Assembly (NCBI GenBank): GCA_031359775.1
Contig: JANMAL010000157.1
Coordinates: 1-35,350, forward strand
Length of the DNA: 35,350 nt
Direction of reading: 5' to 3'
DNA from: Blastocatellia bacterium
GTDB lineage: Bacteria > Acidobacteriota > Blastocatellia > RBC074
A program made the translations under genes and the position numbers. Positions 17,998 to 26,375 of the stretch are shown piece after piece. The notes under the pieces were generated by a model. That model saw nothing but the letters and a program-made list of their open reading frames with translations. It had not been told where the DNA came from and did no database searches. Within the stretch, counting starts at the first letter, position 1; each line of letters starts with the position of its first letter.

Positions 17998-18456
17998 ATG
18001 TTAGCCGAAATTGAAGAACTCATTGTTGCGCCAGAAGAGGAACCAGACATGCCGTCGTTCAATCACAGCTACATTTGTGCGGAGATTCTGGAGCAGCTTT
18101 ACGCCAACAAAACCATCAAGGCGTTGCCCGAATTAACGTTGGAGATTGGCAAAGGCCTCACGCCCGACATCAGCATCTATCCCAAAGAAAAAGTCACGCC
18201 CAACTTTTTGAAGGACTACGCCCGGTATCCTGACATGCCGCTGCTGGCCATCGAGATTATTTCCGCCACCCAAAATATTCAGGATTTGCTGGAAAAAGCG
18301 GACGTTTTAATCTCTCATGGAATCAAAACTGTCTGGACGATTGAGCCGTTTACCAACACGATTTTCGTCACGACTCAGGGCGGGGTCAAAAAATTTCCTA
18401 GTCAGGCAATCGAAAGTGACGGCATCAGCGTGGACTTTGCCAAAATCTTTGGCTGA
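17998..18456 (+). CDS. Uma2 family (DUF820) PD-(D/E)xK endonuclease
   Basis: The 152-aa ORF has …NHSYICAEILEQL…, LTPDISIY and LLAIEIISATQN motifs matching the Uma2 D…ExxS core. It lies in a lower-GC stretch. Confidence 0.85.
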   Translation: MLAEIEELIVAPEEEPDMPSFNHSYICAEILEQLYANKTIKALPELTLEIGKGLTPDISIYPKEKVTPNFLKDYARYPDMPLLAIEIISATQNIQDLLEKADVLISHGIKTVWTIEPFTNTIFVTTQGGVKKFPSQAIESDGISVDFAKIFG

Positions 18457-18488
18457 TGCCGAGGGCTACTCTAAGTGAGTCAGGAAGA

Positions 18489-18560
18489 GATGACGAAACA
18501 AACAGCAACTGCTTTGCCTGAATTTTCCCCGTCTGTTTCGTCATCTTTCTACCACTTTTC
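18489..18560 (+). terminator. Stem-loop plus T-rich tail downstream of the Uma2 gene
   Basis: A perfect 12-bp stem, GATGACGAAACA (18489-18500) / TGTTTCGTCATC (18534-18545), is followed by TTTCTACCACTTTTCG. The 33-nt loop is large for a canonical terminator. Confidence 0.45.
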
Positions 18561-18587
18561 GCGATTCAAGTTTGCACGGAGAAACCT

Positions 18588-20897
18588 ATGCACAAAAGGC
18601 GTTTGCAATTCGGTTGTTTGTTGTTCGCAATCGGACTTGCCACGTTCTTCCTTAGTTCTCAGCGGCAACCCGCACAAGCGGTTGGTGCCGATATTTCCGC
18701 CCAGCAGGCGTTGCTCGAAGAATACTGTGTTGGTTGTCACAACCAGAAAGCCAAAACGGCAGACATTTCCGTCGAAGGGCTGGATTTCATTAACGTCAGC
18801 AAAGACGCGGCGGTCTGGGAAAAAGTATTGCGCAAGGTTCGCACTGGGCAAATGCCGCCCGCTGGTATGCCGCATCCGAAAGCCCCGGATGTCACCGCAT
18901 TTGTGAACTGGTTGGAAGGCGCACTCGACAAAGCTGCGGCGGCAAATCCGAATCCGGGTCGGCCTGCCGCGCATCGTTTGAATCGCGCGGAATACAGCAA
19001 TGCGATACGGGATTTGCTCGCTGTTGACATCAAGCCGGGTCTGGCCTTGCCCATAGATGATTCGGGACACGGCTTCGACAATATCGGCGAAGTGTTGACG
19101 CTCTCGCCCGCGCTGCTCGAAAAATATATGTCCGCCGCACGGCGCATCAGTCGTTTGGCTATTGGCGATCCCACGATCAAGCCGACCGAAGAACGCTTCA
19201 CGCCACCGCGTCTTGGGCGCGGTGAGCGCGTCAGCGATGACCTGCCGTTTTATTCGCGTGGGGGTCTCTCATTTCAATATTACTTCCCGCACGATGCGGA
19301 ATACCTGTTGCGTGTCAAAACGCCGGGCGAAACTTCCCGCTTCTATGATCTGCGCCTGCCCATCAAAGCGGGTTTGCGTACTGTGGGCGTGACGTTCCCG
19401 CGCGAAGGTGCGAAAGCGGAACCACCCGTCCCGACGGGCCGCCGTGGTGGCGGCGGCGGGCCGATGGGGCCGGTCGCCAACGTCCCAATGGATTTGCGCC
19501 TGGATGGCGCGCGCGTCAAACGCTTTGAAGTGCCGGAAACAACGGGCATTGAAGTGTTCATCGTCAATGGGCCATTTAATACAACGGGACGCGGCGAGAC
19601 GCCGAGCCGCAGCAAGGTTTTCGTGTGCCGTCCGGCGCAGGCGAATGAAGAAACGCCATGTGCCAAAAAGATTTTGACGACACTGGCGCGCCGCGCTTTT
19701 CGCCGTCCGGTGACGAGTGCGGACATTATGCCGCTGCTCGCGTTTTATACCGAAGGGCGCAAGACAGGCGATTTCGAGAGCGGCATTCAAAGCGCTCTGG
19801 AAGCACTGCTGGTTTCGCCCGACTTTCTGTTTCGCATCGAACGTGATCCTCGCACCACAACACGCGTTTATCCGCTGAGTGATTTCGAATTGGCCACGCG
19901 GCTCTCATTCTTTTTATGGAGCAGCATTCCCGATGACGAATTGTTGATGCTGGCGGAGCAAGGGAAGTTGAAAGATGCTGCCGTCTTGCAACGACAAGTG
20001 CAACGGATGCTGGACGATCCGAAATCACAGGCCTTTGTGAACAATTTCGGCGGGCAATGGTTGCACCTGCGTAATCTGGAAACGACGACGCCCGATCCCG
20101 AATTGTTCCCCACTTTTGATGAAGGATTGCGAAGAGCGTTTCGGCGCGAGACCGAGTTGTTTTTTGAAAGCGTCGTGCGCGAAAACCGCAGCGTGTTTGA
20201 TTTGCTGGATGCGAATTACACCTTCCTGAATCAGCGGCTGGCGGAGCATTACGGCGTGCCGGGTGTGTATGGTTCGCAATTCCGCCGCGTTGCGCTTAAT
20301 GACGCGAATCGCGGCGGCTTACTGGGGCAGGGAAGCATCTTAACTGTAACTTCATATCCCAATCGCACGTCAGTAGTGCAGCGCGGCAAATGGATTCTGG
20401 AAAACCTGTTGGGTGCGCCGCCGCCGCCGCCCCCGCCCGACATTCCCGACTTAAAGCCGCATGGCAAGGATGGCCGGTTATTGAGTATGCGCGAGCAGAT
20501 GGAACAGCACCGGGCCAATCCAATTTGCGCTTCGTGCCACGCGCGGATGGACCCGATTGGTTTTGCGCTGGAAAACTATGACGGCATCGGGCGTTGGCGC
20601 ACGAAAGACGCGGGACTTTTGATTGATGCGTCGGGCAAGTTGCCGAACGGCACCAAATTCACGGGGCCGGGCGAATTGAAAAAGATTTTGTTGACCGGGC
20701 ATCGGGATGAATTCGTTGCGACGGTCACGGAAAAACTGTTAACGTATGCGCTGGGACGCGGGCTGGAATCTTATGATCTGCCCACCGTCCGCAATGTCAT
20801 GCGGGCCACCGCACCCGACAACTATCGCTTAGCAACGCTGATAAGCGCGATTGTCAAAAGCACACCTTTTCAAATGAGGAGCAAACCAAACGTATGA
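18588..20897 (+). CDS. DUF1592/DUF1595/DUF1587/DUF1588/DUF1585-type multidomain protein with N-terminal CxxCH haem motif
   Basis: The 769-aa ORF has a signal peptide and an N-terminal CVGCHNQKAKTA. Segments typical of this family include …FFLWSSIPDDELL…, …FGGQWLHLRNL…, …GLLGQGSILTVTSYPNRTSVVQRGKWILENLLG… and …ANPICASCHARMDPIGFALENYD…. Confidence 0.85.
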   Translation: MHKRRLQFGCLLFAIGLATFFLSSQRQPAQAVGADISAQQALLEEYCVGCHNQKAKTADISVEGLDFINVSKDAAVWEKVLRKVRTGQMPPAGMPHPKAPDVTAFVNWLEGALDKAAAANPNPGRPAAHRLNRAEYSNAIRDLLAVDIKPGLALPIDDSGHGFDNIGEVLTLSPALLEKYMSAARRISRLAIGDPTIKPTEERFTPPRLGRGERVSDDLPFYSRGGLSFQYYFPHDAEYLLRVKTPGETSRFYDLRLPIKAGLRTVGVTFPREGAKAEPPVPTGRRGGGGGPMGPVANVPMDLRLDGARVKRFEVPETTGIEVFIVNGPFNTTGRGETPSRSKVFVCRPAQANEETPCAKKILTTLARRAFRRPVTSADIMPLLAFYTEGRKTGDFESGIQSALEALLVSPDFLFRIERDPRTTTRVYPLSDFELATRLSFFLWSSIPDDELLMLAEQGKLKDAAVLQRQVQRMLDDPKSQAFVNNFGGQWLHLRNLETTTPDPELFPTFDEGLRRAFRRETELFFESVVRENRSVFDLLDANYTFLNQRLAEHYGVPGVYGSQFRRVALNDANRGGLLGQGSILTVTSYPNRTSVVQRGKWILENLLGAPPPPPPPDIPDLKPHGKDGRLLSMREQMEQHRANPICASCHARMDPIGFALENYDGIGRWRTKDAGLLIDASGKLPNGTKFTGPGELKKILLTGHRDEFVATVTEKLLTYALGRGLESYDLPTVRNVMRATAPDNYRLATLISAIVKSTPFQMRSKPNV

Positions 20898-22249
20898 TCG
20901 TGACCAGAAAATCTCTTCCGCGCCGTACCTTCTTACGCGGCATGGGCGTGGCCTTAGCTTTACCGATGCTGGATGCTATGACGCCTGCCTTGACGCCTGC
21001 GGCCAAACCGGTTGTTCGTTTGGGCTTCGTCTATGTACCCAACGGCGTGATTATGGACAAATGGACGCCGCTGGCAGAGGGCGCGAACTTTGAATTCAAA
21101 TCCACGCTGAAGTCGTTGGAGCCATTTCGCGAACGCTTGCTGGTACTCAGTGGCTTGGCGCAAGTGCAGGGACGCGCGCTCGGCGATGGCGCGGGCGATC
21201 ACGCACGCGCGGGGGCGACATTCCTGACAGGCGTGCATCCGAAGAAATCTGAGATCACTTTGCGCGCGGGCATTTCTGCGGATCAAATCGCGGCGCAGGA
21301 ACTCAGCAAATACACGCAATTCGGCTCGCTCGAACTCGGAATTGAATCAAATCAACTGGCCGGGAATTGTGACAGCGGTTATAGCTGCGCTTACACGAAC
21401 ACGATGGCGTGGCGCAGCGACACGACGCCGCTGCCGGTCGAAAACAATCCGCGCGCCATTTTCGAGCGGATGTTTGGCGATGGCGACAGCACCGATGCCG
21501 CCGCACGGATGGAGCAGTTCAAACGACAGCGCAGCCTGCTGGATTACGTCAATGGCAACCTCAAACGCCTGAGCACCACGCTGGGGCCGCAGGATCGCGT
21601 CAAGCTCAACGAATACACCGATGCGATTCGCGACATCGAACGGCGCATTCAAAAAGCTGAACAGCAAAATGCCACGATGAAAATGCCGGTGATGGAACGT
21701 CCAACTGCCGTGCCGGAAGAGTTTGAAGCGCATGTCAAGATGGTGATGGACTTGCAGGTGCTCGCCTACCAAACGGATCTGACACGCGTGATTACGCTGA
21801 TGATGGCGCGCGAGGGCAGCAATCGCCCCTACCGCAATATCGGCATTTCCGATGGGCATCACAACCTGACGCATCACCAGAATGATCCCGACAAAATTGC
21901 CAAAGTGACGAAGATCAATGAAGTGCAAGTGAAGATGTTTGCCTATTTGCTGGAACGCATGAAAGCGACGCCGGATGTGAATGGCAATTTGCTCGACAAC
22001 TCGCTGCTGATGTACGGCAGTAGCATCAGCGACGGCAATCTGCATACACATCACGACTTGCCCATCGTCCTGGCAGGCGGCGCAGCCGGTCAGGTCAAAG
22101 GCAATCGGCACGTGATGTATCCGAAAGAAACGCCGCTCAATAACCTGCTGCTGAGCATGTTGGAAACGGCAGGCGTCGGCGTCGAGAAATTCGGCGATGG
22201 CACGGGCAAACTGGATTTAGAGAAGCCCGTACAACTTTCCAAAAACTAA
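20894..22249 (+). CDS. DUF1552 domain protein with twin-arginine signal
   Basis: Its start overlaps the upstream stop in ATGA (20894-20897). The TAT-like N-terminus is SLPRRTFLRGMGVALALPML. Segments typical of DUF1552 include …SLELG…GNCDSGYSCAY…, …DLTRVITLMMAREGSNR…, …HHNLTHH… and …LLMYGSSISDGNLHTHHDLP…. Confidence 0.85.
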   Translation: MIVTRKSLPRRTFLRGMGVALALPMLDAMTPALTPAAKPVVRLGFVYVPNGVIMDKWTPLAEGANFEFKSTLKSLEPFRERLLVLSGLAQVQGRALGDGAGDHARAGATFLTGVHPKKSEITLRAGISADQIAAQELSKYTQFGSLELGIESNQLAGNCDSGYSCAYTNTMAWRSDTTPLPVENNPRAIFERMFGDGDSTDAAARMEQFKRQRSLLDYVNGNLKRLSTTLGPQDRVKLNEYTDAIRDIERRIQKAEQQNATMKMPVMERPTAVPEEFEAHVKMVMDLQVLAYQTDLTRVITLMMAREGSNRPYRNIGISDGHHNLTHHQNDPDKIAKVTKINEVQVKMFAYLLERMKATPDVNGNLLDNSLLMYGSSISDGNLHTHHDLPIVLAGGAAGQVKGNRHVMYPKETPLNNLLLSMLETAGVGVEKFGDGTGKLDLEKPVQLSKN

Positions 22250-22261
22250 ACCTGAACAATA

Positions 22262-22297
22262 TTCGGCAGGTTGTCTGGTCTGCCGAAGCTTTATTCC
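22262..22297 (+). terminator. Rho-independent terminator candidate after the DUF1552 gene
   Basis: An 8-bp stem, TTCGGCAG (22262-22269) / CTGCCGAA (22280-22287), has a 10-nt loop and is followed by GCTTTATTCC. Confidence 0.55.
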
Positions 22298-22343
22298 TAA
22301 ACCCGTGCGGCAGGCCTCTGTCGTACACCCAAAGGAGTCCCCG

Positions 22344-22892
22344 ATGAATCGTTATGCAACGTTTCTGCTCGTCGCTGTTTTGACTGTCACGGCCTTTGCC
22401 CAAACCGGCACGCAGCAACCCGCTGCGCCCGCCGCCGCAAACCCAAACCCGCTCAGCAGTGAAGCCAAACAAATGTACACCGGCGTTAAGAACAACCTGA
22501 TTAAGATGGCTGAAAAGATGCCCGAAGAACATTATGCGTTCAAGGCAACCGCCGATGTCCGCACCTTTGGACAATTGATCGGACACGTGGCCGATTCGCA
22601 GGCGCGCACCTGCTCGGCAGTCAATGGCGAACCGAAGAATTTAAATGCGGCAGCCAAGACATCAAAAGCGGAACTGGTCGCCGCTTTGAAAGAATCATTC
22701 TCGCTGTGTGACAAATCCTTTGATTCGCTTACTGATGCCAAGGCTGGCGAAATGATTACGATGGGACAACGGCAAAGCACCCGCCTCGGCGCATTGGTTA
22801 GAACGGTGTCGCACTCGAACGAGGAGTACGGTTATATGGCCGTTTATATGCGCCTGAAAGGCGTTGTGCCACCATCGAGCGAAGGACGCTAA
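22344..22892 (+). CDS. Exported DinB-family (DinB_2-like) protein
   Basis: The ATG at 22344 has AAGGAG 7-12 nt upstream and is followed by a signal peptide (MNRYATFLLVAVLTVTAFAQ). His-containing helices are …FGQLIGHVADSQ… and …VSHSNEEYGYMAVYMRLKG…, as in DinB four-helix-bundle metalloproteins. Confidence 0.75.
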   Translation: MNRYATFLLVAVLTVTAFAQTGTQQPAAPAAANPNPLSSEAKQMYTGVKNNLIKMAEKMPEEHYAFKATADVRTFGQLIGHVADSQARTCSAVNGEPKNLNAAAKTSKAELVAALKESFSLCDKSFDSLTDAKAGEMITMGQRQSTRLGALVRTVSHSNEEYGYMAVYMRLKGVVPPSSEGR

Positions 22893-22897
22893 TACCT

Positions 22898-24241
22898 ATG
22901 AAGTTGCGAACTCTCCTGTCGGCTTTGATCGCGCTTGGCCTGCTGGCGCCACCTTGTCTGGCAAATGGCCTGGCTTTGCTGGAAGCTGTCAAGCGCCGCG
23001 ATCACAAGGCGCTCACCACACTTCTGAAAGCCAAAGCTGACGTTAATGTTGCGCAACCGGATGGCGCGACGCCCTTGGCCTGGGCCATTTATCTGGACGA
23101 TCAAAAAGCGGCAGAGCTGTTGTTGGCTGCCGGTGCCAAGGTCAACACCGCAGATGAGTACGGAGAAACGCCGCTCACCCTGGCCTGTAATAACGGCAAT
23201 GCGGCACTCGTCAGTAAGTTGATCGGCGCGGGCGCAGAAGTAAATGCGGCGCGCTGGGATGGCACGACGGCGTTGATGCTGGCGGCGAATTCCGGCAATG
23301 TCGAAGCTGTCAAAACATTGCTTGCGCATGGTGCGCAAGTCAACGTCGCCGAAACGCGCAAGGGCCAGACGCCGCTGATGTGGGCTGCGTCAGAAGGACA
23401 TTCTGAAGTGGTGCGCGTGCTGATTGCCGCAGGTGCGGATGCCAAGGTTGTTTCCAAAACGGGCTACACGTCGTTGCTTTTCACTGTGGTCAAGAACGAT
23501 GAGAAATCCGTGCAACATTTGTTGGCGGCGGGAGCGGATCCCAACACCAAAATGCCCGATGGCACGCCTGCCCTGAGTGCCGCTGCCGTCTTTCGCAGCG
23601 TCGCTGCTGCCAGCGCTTTAGTAGATGGCGGCGCAGATGTCAAAGCGGCGGATCAGCGCGGCAACACGCCTTTGCACGGCGCAGCACAGCTTGGCGACGT
23701 GGAACTCGTCAAGAAATTACTGGCCAAAGGTGCTGACCCGAATGCGCGCAATGGAAAAGCCTTGGCACGCGCGCCGCAAGGTTTTTTCCGTCCACCAGCC
23801 GGTGAAGTCTCGCCGCTCCACATCGCCGCCCGCACCAACCAATTGGAAATCGTGAAATTGCTGCTGGCTGCCAAAGCGGATCCCAAACTGAAAGGCGAAG
23901 ACGGCACGACGTTGTTGATGCAGGCCGTCGCCAGCACCAACGTCGAACTGGTCAAATATATTTTTGCATTGGACTCAGAAGTGCAGGCCGTGACGGAAAG
24001 CAAAGGCACGGTCATGCATTCGGCTGTCACCGGCGTTGGTTCGAATGCGGAGCAACAAAGAGAGGTTTGCAAGGTGATCCGGTTTTTGGCGGAAAAAGGC
24101 GCGCCGCTGGATGAGCGGAATGCTACAGGCCGGACGCCCATTGATGTGGCTGACTTTCTTCCGCTGGATCAAGCCGTAGATTTGTTGACCGAACTGATTA
24201 TTAAGTCTGGTGCTAAACCAAAGACCCCAACGAAGCGTTAA
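22898..24241 (+). CDS. Exported ankyrin-repeat protein (about 10-12 ANK repeats)
   Basis: The 447-aa ORF has a signal peptide and reiterated 33-aa motifs (G.TPL..A…G….V..LL..GA.VN), for example DGATPLAWAIYLDDQKAAELLLAAGAKVN and YGETPLTLACNNGNAALVSKLIGAGAEVN. Confidence 0.9.
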   Translation: MKLRTLLSALIALGLLAPPCLANGLALLEAVKRRDHKALTTLLKAKADVNVAQPDGATPLAWAIYLDDQKAAELLLAAGAKVNTADEYGETPLTLACNNGNAALVSKLIGAGAEVNAARWDGTTALMLAANSGNVEAVKTLLAHGAQVNVAETRKGQTPLMWAASEGHSEVVRVLIAAGADAKVVSKTGYTSLLFTVVKNDEKSVQHLLAAGADPNTKMPDGTPALSAAAVFRSVAAASALVDGGADVKAADQRGNTPLHGAAQLGDVELVKKLLAKGADPNARNGKALARAPQGFFRPPAGEVSPLHIAARTNQLEIVKLLLAAKADPKLKGEDGTTLLMQAVASTNVELVKYIFALDSEVQAVTESKGTVMHSAVTGVGSNAEQQREVCKVIRFLAEKGAPLDERNATGRTPIDVADFLPLDQAVDLLTELIIKSGAKPKTPTKR

Positions 24242-24334
24242 TTTTATTTTCCATTGCTCAATTGGTGTTGTCCGGTGGGCCGCTCAAACATGACCATTGG
24301 AAGATAAGTCAGGTCTCTCTTCAGGAAAAAACCA

Positions 24335-25279
24335 ATGAAAAATCTACTTACCATAACGTTGTTATGCGCTGCCTTTGTGTTGCCTGCTCAGGCTGCTGCG
24401 CCCATTCGCGTGATGTTATTGGATGGCGAGAGCGGAGGCTCGTATCACAAATGGCAGCTTGTCACGCCGGTACTGAAAAAACAGCTTGAGGAAACCGGCC
24501 TGTTTCAAGTGGACGTCGTGACCGCGCCGCCTGCGAATGGCGATTTCAGTGGCTTCAAACCTCAGTTCAGCAAGTATCAGGTCATCGTCATGAACTATGA
24601 CGCGCCGGATGAACGCTGGTCGGCGGAATTGAAATCCTCCTTTGAGCAATATGTCAAAAACGGCGGCGGACTGGTTACAGTGCATGCGGCGGACAATGCG
24701 TTTGGCAAGTGGAAGGAATTCAACGAAATGATCGGCATCGGCGGCTGGCGCGGGCGCAATGAAAATTCCGGCCCGTATTGGTTTATGAAAGAGGGCAAGT
24801 TAATGCCTGACACTTCGCCCGGCAACGCGGGCAGCCACGGCGCGCGCCAGCCCTATCAAATGACGGTGCAGGAGTCGAATCACCCGATTACCAAAGGTCT
24901 GCCGAAAGTCTGGATGCATCAGGGCGATGAATTGTATGCGCGCTTGCGCGGCCCCGGCAAAAATATGACTGTCCTTGCTACGGCGTATGCCGATCCCGAA
25001 AACAAAGGGACAGGCCGCGATGAGCCAATGTTGATGACGTTGAGTTACGGTAAGGGCAGAGTCTTTCACACTGCGCTCGGCCACGACGTTGTTGCGCTCA
25101 GTTGCGTCGGCTTTGCCGCAACGTTGCAGCGCGGCACCGAATGGGCGGCAACGGGCAAGGTGACGCAAAAAGTTCCGATGAATTTCCCGACCGCAAATTC
25201 AGTGAGTTATCGTGCGGATATTGCCGCAATGGACCCGAATTACAAGCGCGGCTTGAACGGGTTGGATGCTGCAAGGTAA
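24335..25279 (+). CDS. Exported ThuA-like (trehalose-utilisation protein A family) domain protein
   Basis: The 314-aa ORF has a signal peptide. Segments characteristic of ThuA domains are IRVMLLDGESGG…HKW, YQVIVMNYD…W, YVKNGGGLVTVHAADNAF..W and GRVFHTALGHD. Confidence 0.8.
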   Translation: MKNLLTITLLCAAFVLPAQAAAPIRVMLLDGESGGSYHKWQLVTPVLKKQLEETGLFQVDVVTAPPANGDFSGFKPQFSKYQVIVMNYDAPDERWSAELKSSFEQYVKNGGGLVTVHAADNAFGKWKEFNEMIGIGGWRGRNENSGPYWFMKEGKLMPDTSPGNAGSHGARQPYQMTVQESNHPITKGLPKVWMHQGDELYARLRGPGKNMTVLATAYADPENKGTGRDEPMLMTLSYGKGRVFHTALGHDVVALSCVGFAATLQRGTEWAATGKVTQKVPMNFPTANSVSYRADIAAMDPNYKRGLNGLDAAR

Positions 25280-25403
25280 GCATCTTTAAGCATCTTAGGG
25301 ATCGCTACAAACCGCTAAAACAAAAGGTAGAACAAAAATTCCATTTGTTCCGGTTCTCCCTCCACGACCTGGCCTGAAGACCAACAGACGTTTGTTGTAC
25401 CTT

Positions 25404-25466
25404 TTCAGAGCAGGATGAAAGAGAAACCAGCTTGTGCATCCTGTTCTGAAACCTCTGTGTTTTCTA
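25404..25466 (+). terminator. Stem-loop plus T-rich tail downstream of the ThuA-like gene
   Basis: TTCAGAGCAGGATG (25404-25417) pairs with CATCCTGTTCTGAA (25437-25450) at 13/14 positions and is followed by ACCTCTGTGTTTTCTATG. Confidence 0.5.
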
Positions 25467-25535
25467 TGCTTCATTGCTTTGGCGGGTTTATTCAATTTCT
25501 GATTTCCAATCCTTAAATATTGGTGGGAAGCGCTC

Positions 25536-26375
25536 ATGTCTTATCAAACCAAACTTCGTAGTTTTGTGGTGCTGGCGATGGTCGCACTGTTATTGAGTCT
25601 GTCTGTGCAGCAGCCGAGTGCGCAGGAACCGGCGGGCGGCGGTGGGCGGCGCGGCGGCAATCTGCGCGAGTTTCTCGGTCTTGGCCCGGCGCCCGATGCG
25701 GAAGCCGCGAAAAAGGGCGAGCCGCTCTATAACCAATCCTGCGTGGGCTGTCACGGCAAAGAGGGGCGCGGTGCTCAGGCTCCCAGCCTGATTCGCTCTG
25801 CCTTGGTTTTGCATGATGAGAAAGGCGAGAAGCTGGCTCCCATTGTCAAAGAAGGGCGCGGAACCATGCCGGGCTTTCCGAACTTATCGAAGGACGACGT
25901 GTACAACCTTTCGCAATACCTTCATTTGCAAGTGGAACTGACCGCGAATCGCGGCACCTATGGAGCCACCTACGCGGCGCAGCGCAATCAGGCCACCGGC
26001 AATGCCAAAAAAGGTGAAGAGTTTTTTCAGAGCAATTGCACAAGCTGTCATGCCGCGACGGGGGACCTTGCCAAGATTGGCGCGAAGTTCCCACAGATTG
26101 CCGCGCTGAAGAATCGCTTTCTCTGGCCTGCAACGCCCGGCCCCGCCAAAGCAACTGTGACGACGGCGGCGGGCAAAACCATCGCCGGAACCGTCAAGAC
26201 CAACAACGATTTTGAAATTTCGCTGCTGGATGCCGACGGCAAGTATCACTACTGGCCGCGCCCGCAAGTGAAAGTTGAGATCGAAGACAAGCTGACCGGG
26301 CATCGCGCTTTGTTGCCGAAATATTCGGACGCTGACATCAATAATCTCGCAGCCTATCTGGTGACACTGAAATGA
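25536..26375 (+). CDS. Exported dihaem c-type cytochrome
   Basis: The 279-aa ORF has a signal peptide and two haem motifs, CVGCHGKEGRG and CTSCHAATGD. The first domain has the distal-Met context GTMPGF. The stop overlaps the PQQ dehydrogenase start (ATGA, 26372-26375). Confidence 0.85.
   Translation: MSYQTKLRSFVVLAMVALLLSLSVQQPSAQEPAGGGGRRGGNLREFLGLGPAPDAEAAKKGEPLYNQSCVGCHGKEGRGAQAPSLIRSALVLHDEKGEKLAPIVKEGRGTMPGFPNLSKDDVYNLSQYLHLQVELTANRGTYGATYAAQRNQATGNAKKGEEFFQSNCTSCHAATGDLAKIGAKFPQIAALKNRFLWPATPGPAKATVTTAAGKTIAGTVKTNNDFEISLLDADGKYHYWPRPQVKVEIEDKLTGHRALLPKYSDADINNLAAYLVTLK

Noticed and set aside
18475-18906. A 143-aa + strand ORF overlapping the start of the DUF1592 gene.
   Set aside because: It is out of frame with the 769-aa DUF1592-type gene, which has a signal peptide and family motifs. 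It also runs through the Uma2 terminator-like hairpin.
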